Shown here one piece after another: positions 63,286 to 64,000 of a stretch of 64,000 bases of DNA. Each line of letters opens with the position of its first letter. The stretch's first letter is position 1. The translations under genes were made by a program, and so were the position numbers. Source of the stretch: a virus; the IMG/VR virus record IMGVR_UViG_3300036857_000619, positions 32,001 through 96,000 of that record; one strand, 5' to 3'. The notes below the pieces were generated by a model. The model was given only the letters and a program-made list of their open reading frames with translations. It was not told where the DNA came from and made no database searches.

Positions 63286-63993
63286 ATGCGCGTTCTGGAA
63301 CTAGGGAACTATGTTTCTGTCGCCTACGCGGGCATGCTGCTCGCCGAGCAGGGGTTCGAGGTGACCAAGTGGGTGGCGCCCGAGCCGGCGCGCGATCCGA
63401 TCCTCGGTCTGGACCACGGCGACGAGCTGTGGGCGTGGATCAACGCGGGCAAAACGCTGGTCGCGCGCCGGGCCCACGAGCTCGCGCAGCTGCCGCTGGG
63501 CGACGTCGGGATCGTGCTGGATAACGTTCGACCGGCCACGCTGGCCAGCTGGGGCATCGAGCCGGCCACGCTGGCGCAACGCTGGGCGGTGGTGTGGGTC
63601 AGCCTGCGCAGCGAGGTCGGCGAGCGCAGCTTCGACGTCGTCGCCCAGGCGCGCAGCTGGATGGAGTACGGACCCTGGCTGCCGATCTACCTGGGCGACA
63701 CCACCGCCGGGCTGATGATGGCCTTCAAGGCGCTGGCCAAACTCGCCCGCCACGAGCCCGGCCACTACGTCCTCGGCCAGGCCAGCTGCTTACAGAAACT
63801 TGTCGAGGGCGAGCTGGTGGTCGATGCGCCGCTGCGCGAGCAGAACACGCGCTGGGACCTCGACGAATACTGGGCCGGGCCCGACGGCGCCCACGTCTGC
63901 TACCGCGGCGAGCTGCTGCGCGAGCCGATTCGCGATCGCGCCTGGAAGCTCGAGCACCTGTACCACGACGGGGCCGGACGGATCCGCCTCTAA
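63286..63993 (+). CDS. Shortened class III (CaiB/BaiF) CoA-transferase
   Basis: RVLEL...AYAG.LLAE.G.EV.K...N.GK...DN.RP..L...G...SFD..AQA...LGD.TAG (catalytic Asp motif). Confidence 0.8.
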   Translation: MRVLELGNYVSVAYAGMLLAEQGFEVTKWVAPEPARDPILGLDHGDELWAWINAGKTLVARRAHELAQLPLGDVGIVLDNVRPATLASWGIEPATLAQRWAVVWVSLRSEVGERSFDVVAQARSWMEYGPWLPIYLGDTTAGLMMAFKALAKLARHEPGHYVLGQASCLQKLVEGELVVDAPLREQNTRWDLDEYWAGPDGAHVCYRGELLREPIRDRAWKLEHLYHDGAGRIRL

Positions 63994-64000
63994 CCGCTGC

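Noticed and set aside
62832-63993. panD and CoA-transferase as host genes beyond a prophage boundary
   Set aside because: They are stop/start-coupled to phage-type ORFs, lack panB/panC context, and no att-like site or integrase is visible. A flank check past 64000 is still advisable.
1-64000. CRISPR array
   Set aside because: No run of equal-length repeats with unique spacers was seen; the repeats found are coding tandem repeats or isolated pairs.

Overview
The whole 64-kb window reads as one high-GC tailed dsDNA phage or prophage segment (G+C about two-thirds by eye, not computed). It is probably a siphovirus: long tape measure, tail tube, no sheath gene. No host-chromosome flank, integrase or terminase is visible. 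There are three blocks. (1) 10-12539 (+): dense, stop/start-overlapping early and accessory genes, including an intact RuvB, a GIY-YIG endonuclease, a Uma2-type nuclease, a WGR-like protein, HTH regulators and many zinc-ribbon microproteins. (2) 57571 to 12518 (-): a complete head-neck-tail operon (portal, MuF-like, protease/scaffold, cement, HK97-fold capsid, connectors, collagen fibre, tail tube, frameshifted chaperone, 2608-aa tape measure, hub). It ends in seven paralogous lectin-fold proteins, a beta-strand-repeat protein and a DNA methyltransferase. It is interrupted at 42.8-43.85 kb by an XRE regulator, SOS-box-like sites and a hairpin-rich non-coding stretch. (3) 57714-63993 (+): a lysis cassette, then a coupled ParB-N / ABC-ATPase-GNAT (Mom-like) / aspartate decarboxylase (PanD) / class III CoA-transferase cluster. 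That last cluster is the best candidate for an undescribed system: a possible beta-alanyl-CoA-dependent acylation pathway acting on phage DNA. All family calls come from motif recognition by eye; no database searches were run.
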